This document shows, piece after piece, positions 63,701 through 64,000 of a DNA stretch of 64,000 nt. Position 1 is the stretch's first letter. The number at the start of each line of letters is the position of its first letter. Below the pieces are notes generated by a model, which was given only the letters and a program-made list of their open reading frames with translations, did not search any database and had not been told where the DNA came from. A program made the translations under genes and the position numbers. The stretch is taken from the IMG/VR virus record IMGVR_UViG_3300018481_000020, positions 1-64,000 of that record; one strand, given 5' to 3'. Origin of the DNA: a virus.

Positions 63701-64000
63701 GGCCGAGCGCTGATGGGCTCCGATGAGGTCAAGAAGTCGGTGCGGCTGCAGGGTGATGTCGGAGCCTTCTACGACGCGACCAACCACCTCTTCACCACGC
63801 TGAAGGAATCCGGGTTGTCCAACCTGGAGATCCTGCGGCAGATGAAGCAGGCCACCCAGGACATCCGGGACGACAACAACCGTTACTCCGAGATCGCGGG
63901 ACAGGTCGCGCTGAAGGCACAGCAGTCGCTGACCGCACAGGCTCCCGGTATGGGTCGAGCAGGTGCCTTCCAGCAACAGATCGACATCGGCAAGTCGATG
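60797..64000 (+). CDS. tape measure protein (partial, runs off the window)
   Basis: MTSQPVEANVVLTTDN...; long Ala/Gly-rich helical frame after the chaperones; missing from the ORF track, presumably because it has no stop in the window. Confidence 0.9.
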   Translation, partial: MTSQPVEANVVLTTDNAQYDQAMMGSAQSTDALGKSIDSLGQKINQLSKSAGKKLLTFTAADVALIGGATAALSSYEKQMSRLQSQSAILSRTSDQQNRTMKDYTGAVKGLRSEFGTTTAEAAKLVGTLSKVTGLRQSRDLGELSKVFVEMSHATGESSEGLANSLTNLQKIMGTEINSKNTRQYADTFTYLSSQTNMSATGLADFTAQLAPMGRSIGMNEKQVAGFATAFTRAGSEGMGAATVFTKVTGDISKSLASGSPEIAHYANLIGVTNKQFKSMDGGEQLLRIMESISAMGPQAATELERLGLDGTRSMRAIQAVINEKGGIREALGMADDPRASGSSQRGSEASMKSLNDEYDHLRENLKQTAEAMGSYFMPAMNAFVSGMVVATQAVENLAEGPLGEFTGMVMRVIAPLAGGAGAMLLFAGALLKIAGAFTLLRNSGSRGIMEGLRGGSRIVQGADGRFAAAGGGTLGVRGAQIAEQGTWFQRGLYNTGQAIGAPLAGIGSGSREGWIRARQAVDPNWSPSERRRGPLSYLAGGLGRGIETFATPLWDQMRYDDPTKRSTWLGRQAPWASLKDTQNLSKAMGQTGLAQAQYQLQKSQVGRIEADPMLTNAQRKQQLDNVRQIQEETKQRIDAGKAAEIAARDEIAAKRTNTAETDKNSKGFGRLTRAVGGFTAGMGGGLYGAGKAGVQGIMASGMAGQAGGMAATVAGGATGSQALMLGGTGAMIGSMVAPGIGTAVGAGIGTIAGLAMDASGANDSLTDSLKNLDDQAAEVAKSGSGLSDFREATAKHREELDKFEASVGSTAEGRRVDEFWNAAPSLEKFKQAPSTVKNWLEGAVGSSDVEEGEREARKREDKAQRYEVTARELAKTGGVDITGTPQQQLKQLDEFMSTEGAQMLDDAKVDFKDLAEASKTTGFVFNNPLLPGAQKDKGKSQYDLFMEKIEDRPLGETVEDRVATTQGGRALMGSDEVKKSVRLQGDVGAFYDATNHLFTTLKESGLSNLEILRQMKQATQDIRDDNNRYSEIAGQVALKAQQSLTAQAPGMGRAGAFQQQIDIGKSM

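Larger units (their letters stand above)
1..64000. mobile_element. Tailed bacteriophage genome segment (siphovirus, probable actinobacterial host)
   Basis: Terminase, portal, protease, capsid, tail tube, tape measure and phage replication genes; WhiB; high GC; no host housekeeping operons. Confidence 0.97.

Overview
The whole window is part of a high-GC tailed-phage genome, most likely an actinobacteriophage siphovirus (WhiB, DUF4262-like and DUF6131-like genes, tail tube, chaperone frameshift and tape measure). Layout: (1) 1-8.5 kb, leftward early arm of small genes (vWA, ParB-like, HTH, Zn-fingers) punctuated by hairpins; (2) 8.55-9.9 kb, divergent control region with sigma70-type promoters, palindromic operators and a candidate ~235-nt structured RNA; (3) 9.9-23.7 kb, replication and regulation (DnaB, primase, gp32-like SSB, DnaE, Cas4-like nuclease, RuvC, WhiB); (4) 23.8-41.2 kb, fibre/minor tail genes, endolysin and terminase; (5) 41.2-57.2 kb, expanded head module; (6) 57.2-64 kb, neck, tail and a tape measure gene that runs off the end. 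No integrase, tRNA or CRISPR array was recognised. The most striking signal is in the head module. Six otherwise dissimilar, basic, Gly-rich proteins start with the same leader, SAFGV(D/E)H...(V/I)xK, and two more carry a SAFG copy elsewhere. A hydrophobic-x-Lys motif marks domain boundaries in nearly all head proteins, and the XkdF/HK97-type prohead protease appears split between two ORFs. I interpret this (inference) as a modular capsid-cargo tagging and processing system that loads zincin-, ParB-, JAB-like and glycine-zipper proteins into the virion. All family assignments come from motif recognition by eye; no searches were run.
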